Assembly (NCBI RefSeq): GCF_009914755.1
Contig: NC_060937.1
Strand: one strand, 5' to 3'
DNA: 64,000 bases
Source of the DNA: the human T2T-CHM13v2.0 reference genome, Homo sapiens
Both the position numbers and the translations under genes were made by a program. Positions 14,085 to 30,234 of the stretch are shown here, in pieces (position 1 is the first letter of the stretch; every line of letters starts with the position of its first letter). Under the pieces are notes generated by a model, which searched no databases, was not told where the DNA came from, and saw only the letters and a program-made list of their open reading frames with translations.

Positions 14085-16103
14085 TATTAGGTACATAAAA
14101 TATGAAAGTACATCAAATATAGATTATATACTGTACATAAAATATCAATGTACCCCAAATATATATTTTATACTCTACATGAAATATCAAAGTTCACAAA
14201 CCATATATTATATACTGTACATAAAATATCAAAGTACCCAAGGTATATATTCTATACTGTACAAAAAATATCAAAGTACCCAAAGCATGTATTATATACT
14301 GTACATAAAATATGAAAGTACACCAAATATATATTTTATTCTGTACATAAAATATCAAAGTACACCAGATATATATTCTATAGTGTACATAAAATATCAA
14401 AGTACCCAAACTATACATTATATACTGTACATAAAATATGAAATTACATCAAATATATATTAGGTACATAAAATATGAAAGTACATCAAATATAGATTAT
14501 ATACTGTACATAAAATATCAATGTACAACAAATAAATATTTTATACTCTACATGAAATATCAAAGTTCATAAACTATATATTATATAATGTACATAAAAT
14601 ATCAAAATACCCAAGGTATATATTGTATACTGTACAAAAAATATCAAAGTACCCAAAGCATGTATTATATACTGTACATAAACTATGAAAGTACATCAAA
14701 TGTATATTTTACTCTGTACGTAAAATATCAAAGTACACCAGATATATATTCTATAGTGTACATAAAATATCAAAGAACCCAAACTATACATTATATACTG
14801 TACATAAAATATAAAATTACATCAAATATATATTATATTAGGTACATAAAATATGAAAGTACATCAAATATAGATTATATACTGTACATTAAATACCAAA
14901 GTACCCCAAATCTATATTTTATACTGTACATGAAATATCAAAGTTCACAAACTATATATTATATACTGTACATATAATATCAAAGTACCCAAGGTATATA
15001 TTCTATACTGTACAAAAAATAACAAAGTACCAAAAGCATGTATTATATACTGTACCTAAAATATGAAAGTACATCAAATATATATTTTATTCTGTACATA
15101 AAATATCAAAGTACACCAGCTATATATTCTATAGTGTACATAAAATATCAAAGTACCCAAACTATACATAATATACTGTACATAAAATATGAAATTACAT
15201 CAAATATATATTATATTAGGTACATAAAATATGAAAGTACATCAAATATAGATTATATACTGTACATAAAATATCAATGTACCCCAAATATATATTTTAT
15301 ACTCTACATGAAATATCAAAGTTCACAAACCATATATTATATACTGTACATAAAATATCAAAGTACCCAAGGTATATATTCTATACTGTACAAAAAATAT
15401 CAAAGTACCCAAAGCATGTATTATATACTGTACATAAAATATGAAAGTACACCAAATATATATTTTATTCTGTACATAAAATATCAAAGTACACCAGATA
15501 TATATTCTATAGTGTACATAAAATATCAAAGTACCCAAACTATACATTATATACTGTACATAAAATATGAAATTACATCAAATATATATTAGGTACATAA
15601 AATATGAAAGTACATCAAATATAGATTATATACTGTACATAAAATATCAATGTACAACAAATAAATATTTTATACTCTACATGAAATATCAAAGTTCATA
15701 AACTATATATTATATAATGTACATAAAATATCAAAATACCCAAGGTATATATTGTATACTGTACAAAAAATATCAAAGTACCCAAAGCATGTATTATATA
15801 CTGTACATAAACTATGAAAGTACATCAAATGTATATTTTACTCTGTACGTAAAATATCAAAGTACACCAGATATATATTCTATAGTGTACATAAAATATC
15901 AAAGAACCCAAACTATACATTATATACTGTACATAAAATATAAAATTACATCAAATATATATTATATTAGGTACATAAAATATGAAAGTACATCAAATAT
16001 AGATTATATACTGTACATTAAATACCAAAGTACCCCAAATCTATATTTTATACTGTACATGAAATATCAAAGTTCACAAACTATATATTATATACTGTAC
16101 ATA
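14085..16103 (+). repeat. 1129-bp (3-HOR) offset duplication: ~14085..14974 = ~15214..16103
   Basis: ORF pairs 14194/15323 and 14588/15717. Shared private variants ATGTACAACAAATAAAT, GTTCATAAAC, ACTCTGTACGT and CAAAGAACCC. Confidence 0.92.
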
Positions 16104-16129
16104 AAATATCAAAGTACCCAAGGTATATA

Positions 16130-19100
16130 TTCTATACTGTACAAAAAATATCAAAGTACCCAAAGCATGTATTATATACTGTACATAAAATATGAAAGTA
16201 CATCAAATATATATTTTATTCTGTACATAAAATATCAAATTACACCAGATATGTATACTATAGTGTACTTAAAATATCACAGTACCCAAACTATACATTA
16301 TATACTGTACATAAAATATGAAATTACATAAAATATATATTATATTAGGTACATAAAATATGAAATTACATAAAATATATATTATATTAGGTACATAAAA
16401 TATGAAAGTACATCAAATATAGATTATATACTGTACATTAAATACCAAAGTACCCCAAATATATATTTTATACTGTATATGAAATATCAAACTTCACAAA
16501 CTATATATTATATACTGTACATAAAATATCAAAGTACCCAAGGTATATCTTCTATACTGTACAAAAGATATCAAAGTACCCAAAGCATGTATTATATACT
16601 GTACATAAAATATGAAAGTACATCAAATATATATTTTATTCTGTACATAAAATATCAAAGTACACCAGATATATATTCTATAGTGTACATAAAATATAAA
16701 AGTACCGAAACTATTTATTATATACTGTACATAAAATATGAAATTATATCAAATATATATTATATTAGGTACATAAAATATGAAAGTACATCAAATATAG
16801 ATTATATACTGTACATTAAATACCAAAGTACCCCAAATATATATTTTATACTGTACATGAAATATCAAAGTTCACAAACTATATATTATATACTGTACAT
16901 AAAATATCAAAGTACCCAAGGTATATATTCTATACTGTACAAAAAATATCAAAGTACCCAAAGCATGTATTATATACTGGACATAAAATATGAAAGTACA
17001 TCAAATATATATTTTATTCTGTACATAAAATATCAAAGTACAGCAGATATATATTCTATAGTGTACATAAAATAACAAAGTACACAAACTATACATTATA
17101 TACTGTACATAAAATATGAAATTACATCATATATATATTAGGTACATAAAATATGAAAGTACATCAAATATAGATTATATACTGTACATAAAATATCAAA
17201 GTACCCCAAATATATATTATATACTCTACATGAAATATCAAAGTTCACAAACTATATATTATATACTGTACATAAAATATCAAAGTACCCAAGGTATATA
17301 TTCTATACTGTACAAAAAATATCAAAGTACCCAAAGCATGTATTATATACTGTATATAAAATATGAAAGAACATCAAATATATATTTTATTCTGCACATA
17401 AAATATCAAAATACACCAGATATATATTCTATAGTGTACATAAAATAACAAAGTACACAAACTATACATTATATACTGTACATAAAATATGAAATTACAT
17501 CAAATATATATTAGGTACATAAAATATGAAAGTACATCAAATATAGACTATATACTGTACATATAATATCAATGTACCACAAATATATATTTTACACTCT
17601 ACATGAAATATCAAAGTTCACAAACTATATATTATATACTGTACATATAATATCAAAGTACCCAAGGTATATATTCTATACTGTACAAAAAATAACAAAG
17701 TACCAAAAGCATGTATTATATACTGTACCTAAAATATGAAAGTACATCAAATATATATTTTATTCTGTACATAAAATATCAAAGTACACCAGATATATAT
17801 TCTATAGTGTACATAAAATATCAAAGTACCCAAACTATACATTATATACTGTACATAAAATATGAAATTACATCAAATATATATTATATTAGGTACATAA
17901 AATATGAAAGTACATCAAATATAGATTATATACTGCACATAAAATATCAAAGTACCCCAAATATATATTATATACTCTACATGAAATATCAAACTTCACA
18001 AACTATATATTATATACTGTACATAAAATATCAAAATACCCAAGGTTTATATTCTATACTGTACAAAAAATATCAAAGTACCCAAAGCATGTATTATATA
18101 CTGTATATAAAATATGAATTTACATTAAATATATATTTTATTCTGTACATAAAGTATCAAAGTACACCAGATATATATTCTATAGTGTACATAAAATTAC
18201 AAAGTACACAAACTATACACTATATACTGTACATAAAATATGAAATTACATCAAATATATATTAGGTACATAAAATATGAAAGTACATCCAATACAGATT
18301 ATATACTGTACATATAATATCAACGTACCCCAAATATATATTTTATACTCTACATGAACTATCAAAGTTCACAAACCATACATTATATACTGTATATAAA
18401 ATATCAAAGTACCCAGGGTATATATTCTATACTGTACAAAAAATATCAAAGTACCCAAAGCATGTATTATATACTGTACATAAAATATGAAAGTACATCA
18501 AATATATATTTTATTCTGTACATAAAATATCAAATTACACCAGATATATATACCATAGTGTACTTAAAATATCACAGTACCCAAACTATACATTATATAC
18601 TGTACATAAAATATGAAATTACAAAAAATATATATTATATTAGGTACATAAAATATGAAATTACATAAAATATATATTATATTAGGTACATAAAATATGA
18701 AAGTACATCAAATATAGATTATATACTGTACATTAAATACCAAAGTACCCCAAATATATATTTTATACTGTATATGAAATATCAAACTTCACAAACTATA
18801 TATTATATACTGTATATAAAATATCAAAGTACCCAAGGTATATCTTCTATACTGTACAAAAGATATCAAAGTACCCAAAGCATGTATTATATACTGTACA
18901 TAAAATATGAAAGTACATCAAATATATATTTTATTCTGTACATAAAATATCAAAGTACACCAGATATATATTCTATAGTGTACATAAAATATAAAAGTAC
19001 CGAAACTATTTATTATATACTGTACATAAAATATGAAATTACATCAAATATATATTATATTAGGTACATAAAATATGAAAGTACATCAAATATAGATTAT
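16130..19100 (+). repeat. 2295-bp offset duplication including a 10-mer HOR: ~16130..16805 = ~18425..19100
   Basis: ORF pair 16479/18774. Shared doubled M1, GGTATATCTTC, ACAAAAGATA and AGTACCGAAACTATTT. Confidence 0.87.
16307..16390 (+). repeat. Doubled M1 monomer (10-mer, 420-bp HOR); also at 18602, 28720, 42262, 47561, 50607
   Basis: Two consecutive GAAATT(A/T)CATAAAATATATATTATATTAGG monomers, always preceded by GTGTACTTAAAATATCACAGTAC. Confidence 0.92.
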
Positions 19101-19807
19101 ATGCTGTACATAAAATATCAAAGTACCCCAAATATATATTACTCTACATGAAATATCAAAGTTCACAAACTATATATTATATACTGTACATAAAGTACCC
19201 AAGGTACATATTCTATACTGTACAAAAAATATCAAAGTACCCAAAGCATGTATTTTATACTGTACATAAAATATGAAAGTACATCAAATATATATTTTAT
19301 TCTGTACATAAAATATCAAAGTACACCAGATATATATTCTATAGTGTACATAATATATCAAATTACCCAAACTATACATTATATACTGTACATAAAATAT
19401 GAACTTACATCAAATATATATTATATTAGGTACATTAAAATATGAAAGTACATCAAATATAGATTATATACTGTACATAAAATATCAAAGTACCCCAAAT
19501 ATATATTATATACTGTACATGAAATATCAAAGTTCACAAACTATATATTATATACTGTACATAAAATATCAAAGTACCCAAGGTATATATTCTATACTGT
19601 ACAAAAAATATCAAAGTACCCAAAGCATGTATTATATACTGTACATAAAATATGAAAGTACATCAAATATATATTTTATTCTGTACATAATATATCAAAG
19701 TACACCAGATATGTATTCTATAGTGTACATAAAATATCAAAGTACCCAAACTATACATTATATACTGTACATAAAATATGAAATTACATCAAATATATAT
19801 TATATTA

Positions 19808-20138
19808 GGTACATAAAATATGAAAGTACATCAAATATAGATTATATACTGTACATAAAATATCAAAGTTCACAAAGTTTATATTATATACTGTACATAA
19901 AATATCAAAGTACCCAAGGTATATATTCTATACTGTACAAAAAATATCAAAGTACCCAAAGCATGTATTATATACTGTATATAAAATATGAAAGTACATC
20001 AAATATATATTTTATTCTGCACATAAAATATCAAAATACACCAGATATATATTCTATAGTGTACATAAAATAACAAAGTACACAAACTATACATTATATA
20101 CTGTACATAAAATATGAAATTACATCAAATATATATTA
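19808..20138 (+). repeat. 8-mer HOR (331 bp; M3/M4 fused)
   Basis: AGGTAC at 19807 and 20138. M2 is followed directly by CATAAAATATCAAAGTTCACAAAG. Confidence 0.87.
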
Positions 20139-23100
20139 GGTACATAAAATATGAAAGTACATCAAATATAGATTATATACTGTACATATAATATCAATGT
20201 ACCCCAAATATATATTTTATACTCTACATGAAATATCAAAGTTCACAAACCATATATTATATACTGTACATAAAATAACAAAGTACCCAAGGTATATATT
20301 CTATACTGTACAAAAAATATCAAAGTACCCAAAGCATGTATTATATACTGTACATAAAATATGAAAGTACATCAAATATATATTTTATTCTGTACATAAA
20401 ATATGAAGTACACCAGATATATATTCTATAGTGTACATAAAATATCAAAGTACCCAAACTATACATTATATACTGTACATAATATATGAAATTACATCAA
20501 ATATATTTTATATTAGGTACATAAAATATGAAAGTACATCAAATATAGATTATATACTGTACATTAAATACCAAAGTACCCCAAATATATATTTTATACT
20601 GTACATGAAATATCAAAGTTCACAAACTATATATTATATACTGTACATGTAATATCAAAGTACCCGAGCTATATATTCTATACTGTACAAAAAATAACAA
20701 AGTACCAAAAGCATGTATTATATACTGTACCTAAAATATGAAAGTACATCAAATATATATTTTATTCTGTACATAAAATATCAAAGTACACCAGATATAT
20801 ATTCTATAGTGTACATAAAATATCAAAGTACCCAAACTATACATTATATGCTGTACATAAAATATGAGATTACATCAAATATATATTATATTAGGTACAT
20901 AAAATATGAAAGTACATCAAATATAGATTATATACTGTACATAAAATATCAAAGTACCCCAAATATATATTATATACTCTACATGAAATATCAAAGTTCA
21001 CAAACTATATATTATATACTGTACATAAAATATCAAAGTACCCAAGGTATATATTCTATACTGTACAAAAAATATCAAACTACCCAAAGCATGTATTATA
21101 TACTGTACATAAAATATGAAAGTACATCAAATATATATTTTATTCTGTACATAAAATATCAAAGTATACCAGATACATATTCTATAGTGTACATAAAATA
21201 ACAAAGTACAAAAACTATAAATTATATACTGTACATAAAATATGAAATTACATCAAATATATACTAGGTACATAAAATATGAAAGTACATCAAATATAGA
21301 TTATATACTCTACATAAAATATCAATGTACCCCAAATATATATTTTATACTCTACATGAAATATCAAAGTTCACAAACCATATATTATATACTGTACATA
21401 AAATATCAAAGTACCCAAGGTATATATTCTATACTGAACAAAACATATCAAAGTACCCAAAGCACGTATTATATACTGTACATAAAATATGAAAGTACAT
21501 CAAATATATATTTTATTCTGTACATAAAATATCAAAGTACACCATATATATATACTATAGTGTACATAAAATATCATAGTACCCAAACTATACATTGTAT
21601 ACTGCACATAAAATATGAAATTACATCAAATATGTTTTATATTAGGTACATAAAATATGAAAGTACATCAAATATAGATTATATACTGTACATTAAATAC
21701 CAAAGTACCCCAAATATATATTTTATACTGTACATGAAATATCAAAGTTCACAAACTATATATTATATACTGTACATATAATATCAAAGTACCCGAGGTA
21801 TATATTCTATACTATACAAAAAATATCAAAGTACCCAAACCATGTATTATATACTGTACATAAAATATGAAACTACATCAAATATATATTTTATTCTGTA
21901 CATAAAATATCAAAGTACACCAGATATATATTCTATAGTGTACATAAAATATCAAAGTACCCAAACTATTTATTATATACTGTACATAAAATATGAAATT
22001 ACATCAAATATATATTATATTAGGTACATAAAATATGAAAGTACATCAAATATAGATTATATGCTGTACATTAAATACCAAAGTACCCCAAATATATATT
22101 TTATACTGTACATGAAATATCAAAGTTCACAAACTATATATTATATACTGTACATAAAATATCAAAGTACCCAAGGTATATATTCTATACTGTACCAAAA
22201 ATATCAAAGTACCCAAAGCACGTATTATATACTGTACATAAAATATGAAAGTACATCAAATATATATTTTATTCTGTACATAAAATATCAAAGTACACCA
22301 GATATATATTCTATAGTGTACATAAAATATCAAAGTACCCAAACTATACATTATATACTGTACATAAAATATAAAATTACATCAAATCTATATTAGGTAC
22401 ATAAAATATGAAAGTACATCAAATATAGATTATATACTGTACATAAAATATCAAAGTACCCCAAATATATATTATATACTCTACATGAAATATCACAGTT
22501 CACAAACCATACATTATATACTGTACATAAAATATCAAAGTACCCAATATATATATTCTATACTGTACAAAACATATCAAAGTACCCAAAGCATGTATTA
22601 TATACTGTACATAAAATATGAAAGTACATCAAATATATATTTTATTCTGTACATAAAATATCAAAGTACACCAGATATATATACTATAGTGTACATAAAA
22701 TATCATAGTACCCAAACTATACATTATATACTGTACATAAAATATGAAATTACATCAAATCTATATTAGGTACATAAAATATGAAAGTACATCAAATATA
22801 GATTATATACTGTACATTAAATACCAAAGTACCCCAAATATATATTTTATACAGTACATGAAATATCAAAGTTCACAAACTATATATTATATACTGTACA
22901 TATAATATCAAAGCACCCGAGGTATATATTCTATACTGTACAAAAAATATCAAAGTACCAAAAGCATGTATTATATACTGTACCTTAAATATGAAAGTAC
23001 ATCAAATATATATTTTATTCTGTACATAAAATATCAAAGTACACCAGATATATATTCTATAGTGTACATAAAATATCAAAGTACCCAAACTATACATTAT

Positions 23101-26100
23101 ATACTGTACATAAAATATGAAATTACATCAAATATATACTAGGTACATAAAATATGAAAGTACATCAAATATAGATTATATACTGTACATAAAATATCAA
23201 AGTACCCCAAATATATATTATATACTCTACATGAAATATCAAAGTTCACAAACTATATATTATATACTGTACATAAAATATCAAAGTACCCAAGGTATAT
23301 ATTCTATACTGCACAAAAAATATCAAAGTACCCAAAGCATATATTATACACTGTATATAAAATATGAAAGTACATCAAATATATATTTTATTCTGTACAT
23401 AAAATATCAAAGTACACCAGATATATATTCTATAGTGTACATAAAATAACAAAGTACACAAACTATAAATTATATACTGTACATAAAATATGAAATTACA
23501 TCAAATATATACTAGGTACATAAAATATGAAAGTACATCAAATATAGATTATATACTGTACATAAAATATAAATGTACCCCAAATATATATTTTATACTC
23601 TACATGAAATATCAAAGTTCACAAACCATATATTATATACTGTACATAAAATATCAAAGTACCCAAGGTATATATTCTATACTGTACAAAACATATCCAA
23701 GTACCCAAAGCATGTATTATATACTGTACATAAAATATGAAAGTACATCAAATATATATTTTATTCTGTACATAAAATATCAAAGTACACCAGATATATA
23801 TTCTATAGTGTACATAAAATATCAAAGTACCCAAACTATACATTATATACTGCACATAAAATATGAAATTACATCAAATATATTTTATATTAGGTACATA
23901 AAATATGAAAGTACATCAAATATAGATTATATACTGTACATTAAATACCAAAGTACCCCAAATATATATTTTATACAGTACATGAAATATCAAAGTTCAC
24001 AAACTATATATTATATACTGTACATATAATATCAAAGTACCCGAGGTATATATTCTATACTGTACAAAAAATATCAAAGTACCAAAAGCATGTATTATAT
24101 ACTGTACCTTAAATATGAAAGTACATCAAATATATATTTTATTCTGTACATAAAATATCAAAGTACACCAGATATATATTCTATAGTGTACATAAAATAT
24201 CAAAGTACCCAAACTATACATTATATACTGTACATAAAATATGAAATTACATCAAATATATATTAGGTACATAAAATATGAAAGTACATCAAATATAGAT
24301 TATATACTGTACATAAAATATCAAAGTACCCAAAATATATATTATATACTGTACATGAAATATCAAAGTTCACAAACCATACATTATATACTGTACATAA
24401 AATATCAAAGTACCCAAGGTATATATTCTATACTGTACAAAAAATATCAAAGTACCCAAAGCATGTATTATATACTGTACATAAAATATGAAACTACATC
24501 AAATATATATTTTATTCTGTACATAAAATATCAAAGTACACCAGATATATATTCTATAGTGTACATAAAATATCAAAGTACCCAAACTATTAATTATATA
24601 CTGTACATAAAATATGAAATTACATCAAATATATACTAGGTACATAAAATATGAAAGTACATCAAATATAGATTATATACTGTACATAAAATATCAAAGT
24701 ACCCCAAATATATATTATATACTCTACATGAAATATCAAAGTTCACAAACTATATATTATATACTGTACATAAAATATCAAAGTACCCAAGGTATATATT
24801 CTATACTGTACAAAAAATAACAAAGTACCAAAAGCATGTATAATATACTGTACATAAAATATGAAAGTACATCAAATATATATTTTATTCTGTACATAAA
24901 ATATCAAAGTACACCAGATACATATTCTATAGTGTACATAAAATAACAAAGTACAAAAACTATAAATTATATACTGTACATAAAATATGAAATTACATCA
25001 AATATATACTAGGTACATAAAATATGAAAGTACATCAAATATAGATTATATACTGTACATAAAATATCAATGTACCCCAAATATATATTTTATACTCTAC
25101 ATGAAATATCAAAGTTCACAAACCATATATTATATACTGTACATAAAATATCAAAGTACACAAGGTATATATTCTATACTGTACAAAAAATATCAAAGTA
25201 CACAAAGTATGTATTATATACTGTACATAAAATATGAAAGTATATCAAATATATATTTTATTCTGTACAAAAAACTCAAAGTACACCAGACATATATTCT
25301 ATAGTGTACATAAAATATCAAAGTACCCAAACTATACATTATATACTGCACATAAAATATGAAATTACATCAAATATATTTTATATTAGGTACGTAAAAT
25401 ATGAAAGTACATCAAATATAGATTATATACTGTACATTAAATACCAAAGTACCCCAAATATATATTTTATACTGTACATGAAATATCAAAGTTCACAAAC
25501 TATATATTATATACTGTACATATAATATCAAAGTACCCGAGGTATATATTCTATACTGTACAAAAAATATCAAAGTACCAAAAGCATGTATTATATACTG
25601 TACCTTAAATATGAAAGTACATCAAATATATATTTTATTCTATACATAAAATATCAAAGTACACCAGATATATATTCTATAGTGTACATAAAATATCAAA
25701 GTACCCAAACTATACATTATATACTGTACATAAAATATGAAATTACATCAAATATATATTAGGTACATAAAATATGAAAGTACATCAAATATAGATTATA
25801 TACTGTACATAAAATATCAAAGTACCCCAAATATATATTATATACTCTACATGAAATATCAAAGTTCACAAACTATATATTATATACTGTACATAAAATA
25901 TCAAAGTACCCAAGGTATATATTCTATACTGTACAAAAAATATCAAAGTACCCAAAGCATGTATTATATACTGTACATAAAATATGAATCTACATCAAAT
26001 ATATATTTTATTCTGTACATAAAATATCAAAGTACACCAGATATATATTCTATAGTGTACATAAAATATCAAATTACCCAAACTATTTATTATATACTGT

Positions 26101-26849
26101 ACATAAAATATGAAATTACATCAAATATATACTTGGTACATAAAATATGAAAGTACATCAAATATAGATTATATACTGTACATAAAATATCAAAGTACCC
26201 CAAATATATATTATATACTCTACATGAAATATCAAAGTTCACAAACTATATATTATATACTGTACATAAAATATCAAAGTACCCAAGGTATATATTCTAT
26301 ACTGCACAAAAAATATCAAAGTACCCAAAGCATGTATTATACACTGTATATAAAATATGAAAGTACATCAAATATATATTTTATTCTGTACATAAAATAT
26401 CAAAGTACACCAGATATATATTCTATAGTGTACATAAAATAACAAAGTACACAAACTATAAATTATATACTGTACATAAAATATGAAATTACATCAAATA
26501 TATACTAGGTACATAAAATATGAAAGTACATCAAATATAGATTATATACTGTACATAAAATATCAATGTACCCCCAATATATATTTTATACTCTACATGA
26601 AATATCAAAGTTCACAAACCATATATTATATACTGTACATAAAATATCAAAGTACCCAAGGTATATATTCTATACTGTACAAAACATATCGAAGTACCCA
26701 AAGCATGTATTATATACTGTACCTAAAATATGAAAGTACATCAAATATATATTTTATTCTGTACATAAAATATCAAAGTACACCAGATATATATACTATA
26801 GTGTACATAAAATATCATAGTACCCAAACTATACATTGTATACTGCACA

Positions 26850-29800
26850 TAAAATATGAAATTACATGAAATATATTTTATATTAGGTACATAAAATGTG
26901 AAAGTACATCAAATATAGATTATATACTGTACATTAAATACCAAAGTACCCCAAATATATATTTTATACTGTACATGAAATATCAAAGTTCACAAACTAT
27001 ATATTATATACTGTACATATAATATCAAACTACCCGAGGTATATATTCTATACTGTACAAAAAATATCAAAGTACCAAAAGCATGTATTATATACTGTAC
27101 CTAAAATATGAAAGTACATCAAATATATATTTTATTCTGTACATAAAATATCAAAGTACACCAGATATATATTCTATAGTGTACATAAAATATAAAAGTA
27201 CCCAAACTATACATTATATACTGTACATAAAATATGAAATTACATCAAATATATATTAGGTACATAAAATATGAAAGTACATCAAATATAGATTATATAC
27301 TGTACATAAAATATCAAAGTACCCCAAATATATATTATATACTCTACATGAAATATCAAAGTTCACAAACTATATATTATATACTGTACATAAAATATCA
27401 AAGTACCCAAGGTATATATTCTATACTGTACAAAAAATATCAAAGTACCCAAAGCATGTATTATATACTGTACATAAAATATGAAAGTACATCAAATATA
27501 TATTTTATTCTGTACATAAAATATCAAAGTACACCAGATATATATTCTATAGTGTACATAAAATATCAAAGTACCCAAACTATACATTATATACTGTACA
27601 TAAAATATGAAATTACATCAAATATATATTATATTAGGTACATAAAATATGAAAGTACATCAAATATAGATTATATACTGTTCATAAAATATCAAAGTAC
27701 CCCAAATATATATTATATACTCTACATGAAATATCAAAGTTCACAAACTATATATTATATACTGTGCCTAAAATATAAAAGTACCCAAGGTATATATTCT
27801 ATACTGTACAAAAAATATCAAAGTACTCAAAGCATGTATTATATACTGTACATAAAATATGAAAATACATCAAATATATATTTTATTCTGTGCATAAAAT
27901 ATCAAAGTACACCAGATATATATTCTATACTGTACATAAAATAACAAAGTACACAAACTATACATTATATACTGTACATAAAATATGAAATTACATCAAA
28001 TATATATTAGGTACATAAAATATGCAATTACATCAAATATAGATTATATACTGTACATAAAATATCAAAGTACCCCAAATATATATTATATACTCTACCT
28101 GAAATATCAAAGTTCACAAACTATATATTATATACTGTACATAAAATATCAAAGTACCCAAGGTATATATTCTATACTGTACAAAAAACATCAAAGTACC
28201 CAAAGCATGTATTATATACTGTATATAAAATATGAAAGTACATCAAATATATATTTTATTCTGCACATAAAATATGAAAATACACCAGATATATATTCTA
28301 TAGTGTACATAAAATAACAAAGTACACAAACTATACATTATATACTGTACATAAAATATGAAATTACATCAAATATATATTAGGTACATAAAATATGAAA
28401 GTACATCAAATATAGATTATATACTGTACATATAATATCAATGTACCCCAAATATATATTTTATACTCTACATGAAATATCAAAGTTCACAAACTATATA
28501 CTATATACTGTACATATAATATCAAAGTACCCAAGGTATATGTTCTATACTGTACAAAAAATAACAAAGTACCAAAAGCATGTATTATATACTGTACCTA
28601 AAATATGAAAGTACATCAAATATATATTTTATTCTCTACATAAAATATCAAAGTACACCAGATATATATTCTATAGTGTACTTAAAATATCACAGTACCC
28701 AAACTATACATTATATACTGTACATAAAATATGAAATTACATAAAATATATATTATATTAGGTACATAAAATATGAAATTTCATAAAGTATATATTATAT
28801 CAGGTACATAAAATATGAAAGTACATCAAATATAGATTATATACTGTACATTAAATACCAAAGTACCCCAAATATATATTTTATACTGTACATGAAATAT
28901 CAAAGTTCACAAACTATATATTATATACTGTACATAAAATATCAAAGTACCCAAGGTATATATTCTATACTGTACAAAAAATATCAAAGTACCCAAAGCA
29001 TGTATTATATACTGTACATAAAATATGAAAGTACATCAAATATATATTTTATTCTGTACATAAAATATCAAAGTACACCAGATATATATTCTATAGTGTA
29101 CATAAAATAACAAAGTACACAAACTATACATTATATACTGTACATAAAATATGAAATTACATCAAATATATATTAGGTACATAAAATATGAAAGTACATC
29201 AAATATAGATTATATACTGTACATAAAATATCAAAGTACCCCAAATATATATTATATACTCTACATGAAATATCAAAGTTCACAAACTATATATTATATA
29301 CTGTACATAAAATATCAAAGTACCCAAGGTATATATTCTATACTGTACAAAAAATATCAAAGTACCCAAAGCATGTATTATATACTGTATATAAAATATG
29401 AAAGTACATCAAATATATATTTTATTCTGCACATAAAATATCAAAATACACCAGATATATATTCTATAGTGTACATAAAATAACAAAGTACACAAACTAT
29501 ACATTATATACTGTACATAAAATATGAAATTACATCAAATATATATTAGGTACATAAAATATGAAAGTACATCAAATATAGATTATATACTGTACATATA
29601 ATATCAACGTACCCCAAATATATATTTTATACTCTACATGAAATATCAAAGTTCACAAACCATATATTATATACTGTACATAAAATATCAAAGTACCCAA
29701 GGTATATATTCTATACTGTACAAAAAATATCAAAGTACCCAAAGCATGTATTATATAATGTACATAAAATATGAAAGTACATCAAATATAGATTATATAC

Positions 29801-30234
29801 TGTACATAAAATATCAAAGTACCCCAAATATATATTATATACTCTACATGAAATATCAAAGTTCACAAACTACATATTATATACTGTACATAAAATATGA
29901 AATTACATCAAATATATTTTATATTAGGTACATAAAATATGAAAGTACATCAAATATAGATTATATACTTTACATTAAATACCAAAGTACCCCAAATATA
30001 TATTTTATACTGTACATGAAATATCAAAGTTCACAAACTATATATTATATACTGTAAATGTAATATCAAAGTACCCAAGGTATATATTCTATACTGTACA
30101 AAAAATAAAAAAGTACCAAAAGCATGTATTATATACTGTACCTAAAATATGAAAGTACATCAAATATATATTTTATTCTGTACATAAAATATCAAAGTAC
30201 ACCAGATATATATTCTATAGTTTACATAAAATAT
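26850..30234 (+). repeat. Dispersed third copy (offset 13542 / 18841) of part of the 5299-bp unit
   Basis: ORF pairs 27234/40776, 27985/41527, 28892/42434, 29151/42693, 29638/43180 and 30124/43666 are all offset by 13542. Confidence 0.92.

Noticed and set aside
13065-15547. Minus-strand ORFs suggesting an inversion or antisense gene
   Set aside because: The + strand keeps the same monomer orientation throughout. The ORFs arise from single SNVs that remove a stop codon.
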